Position numbers and translations under genes: made by a program. A stretch of 20,000 bases of DNA from an uncultured archaeon (lineage in GTDB: Archaea; Asgardarchaeota; Heimdallarchaeia; Heimdallarchaeales; Heimdallarchaeaceae). Shown here in pieces: positions 19,144 to 20,000 of the stretch. Location: the NCBI GenBank assembly GCA_964534625.1, contig CAZHRF010000003.1:50865-70864 (forward strand). Direction: 5' to 3'. Position 1 is the stretch's first letter. Every line of letters starts with the position of its first letter. The notes below the pieces were generated by a model that was not told the origin of the DNA, made no database searches, and saw nothing but the letters and a program-made list of their open reading frames with translations.

Positions 19144-19704
19144 ATGTGTTCAAGAGTGATAGAAGATTTTACTCCGGAATTCAACAGTCTATTTGATGAA
19201 TTCTTGTCTGGTGTAACTTCTTTAGCAATTTTGGGGATCGGTAATGAAATGAATGGCGATGATGCGGCTGGTCTTCATGTTATTTCAACTCTAAAACAAT
19301 TCCAGTTACCCTCATGGATCACTCTTTTTTATTGTGAAAAAGCCCCCGAACATTTTCTCGGTAAACTCTATACTCAAAAACCCAACAGAGTTATTGTTAT
19401 TGATGCTGCCAATTTATCTGGTCCACCTGGTGCCATAGGTATCATTCCTACTGCTCTTATTTCCAAACAACTAAATTTTTCTACTCACACTTTATCTTTA
19501 ACTTTGTTAGCTGATTTTTTAAAACCCGTTACTGATGATTTTGATATCATGTTTATTGGTATTAAACCAAAATTAATGCTATTCGAAACACCGCTTTCCT
19601 TTGAAGTAAAGGAAGCAGTAGGGGAACTTGCACAATTCTTATTTACCAAGCTTACAAATACAACTCATACTCACAAAATCAATTCTAGTAGGCAGACTAC
19701 ATGA
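19144..19704 (+). CDS. Hydrogenase maturation protease (HycI/HyaD/HoxM family)
   Basis: SLAILGIGNEMNGDDAAGLHVIS, VIVIDAANLSGPPGAIGII, FSTHTLSLTLLADFL, DDFDIMFIGIKPK. Confidence 0.9.
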   Translation: MCSRVIEDFTPEFNSLFDEFLSGVTSLAILGIGNEMNGDDAAGLHVISTLKQFQLPSWITLFYCEKAPEHFLGKLYTQKPNRVIVIDAANLSGPPGAIGIIPTALISKQLNFSTHTLSLTLLADFLKPVTDDFDIMFIGIKPKLMLFETPLSFEVKEAVGELAQFLFTKLTNTTHTHKINSSRQTT

Positions 19705-20000
19705 TAAGTGATAAAAATTTCCGAGATAAAAAGTTAGTCCAAAAAATACTTTTACAGTTACAAGCTGAAGCAAAGAAATTAGACAATCCTATCAAGATAA
19801 TGCATGTTTGTGGTACTCATGAACATGAGGTTTCGCGCTGGGGTATTAGAAGTCTTCTTCCCAATAACATTTCTCTCATTGCGGGACCGGGTTGTCCAGT
19901 CTGTGTTTGTTCAGCTAAAGATATTGATGAAGTTTTATGGATTGCCAAGACCCATAATGTCACTATTTGTACGTTTGGGGATATGATGCGCGTTCCTTCT
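19701..20000 (+). CDS. hypD: Hydrogenase expression/formation protein HypD (5' part, runs off the window)
   Basis: Starts in an ATGA overlap with the protease gene; MISDKNFRDKKLVQKILLQLQ...IKIMHVCGTHEHEVSRWGIRSLLPNNISLIAGPGCPVCVCSAKDIDEV...TFGDMMRVPS. Confidence 0.93.
   Translation, partial: MISDKNFRDKKLVQKILLQLQAEAKKLDNPIKIMHVCGTHEHEVSRWGIRSLLPNNISLIAGPGCPVCVCSAKDIDEVLWIAKTHNVTICTFGDMMRVPS

Overview
The window appears to be archaeal chromosome. Support comes from an archaeal-type SRP (7S) RNA, an RPA32-like OB-fold/winged-helix protein, a CDKAL1-like methylthiotransferase, TrmB-like and Rad50/SMC-like proteins, and a tRNA-Ser with a long variable arm. Protein genes include a beta-helix/bactofilin-like fragment, upp, thioredoxin, a Rad50/SMC-like ATPase with a double-CxxC hook followed by gyrA-gyrB on the same strand, carbamate kinase, an e-MtaB/CDKAL1-like enzyme, and a [NiFe]-hydrogenase maturation cluster (hypE, hypF, ORF, maturation protease, hypD start). 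The most interesting signal is non-coding: a minus-strand 5S rRNA gene at about 14059-14244 that reads as a circular permutation. Its 3' domain (loop B'-helix II'-helices V/IV-helix I 3' strand) comes first. A UUCG tetraloop joins it to the helix I 5' strand, and the 5' domain (helix I-II-III-loop C) follows. The RNA is opened at the helix III AA bulge, and its new termini can pair with each other in an extra stem structure. No conventional-order 5S copy is visible in this window.
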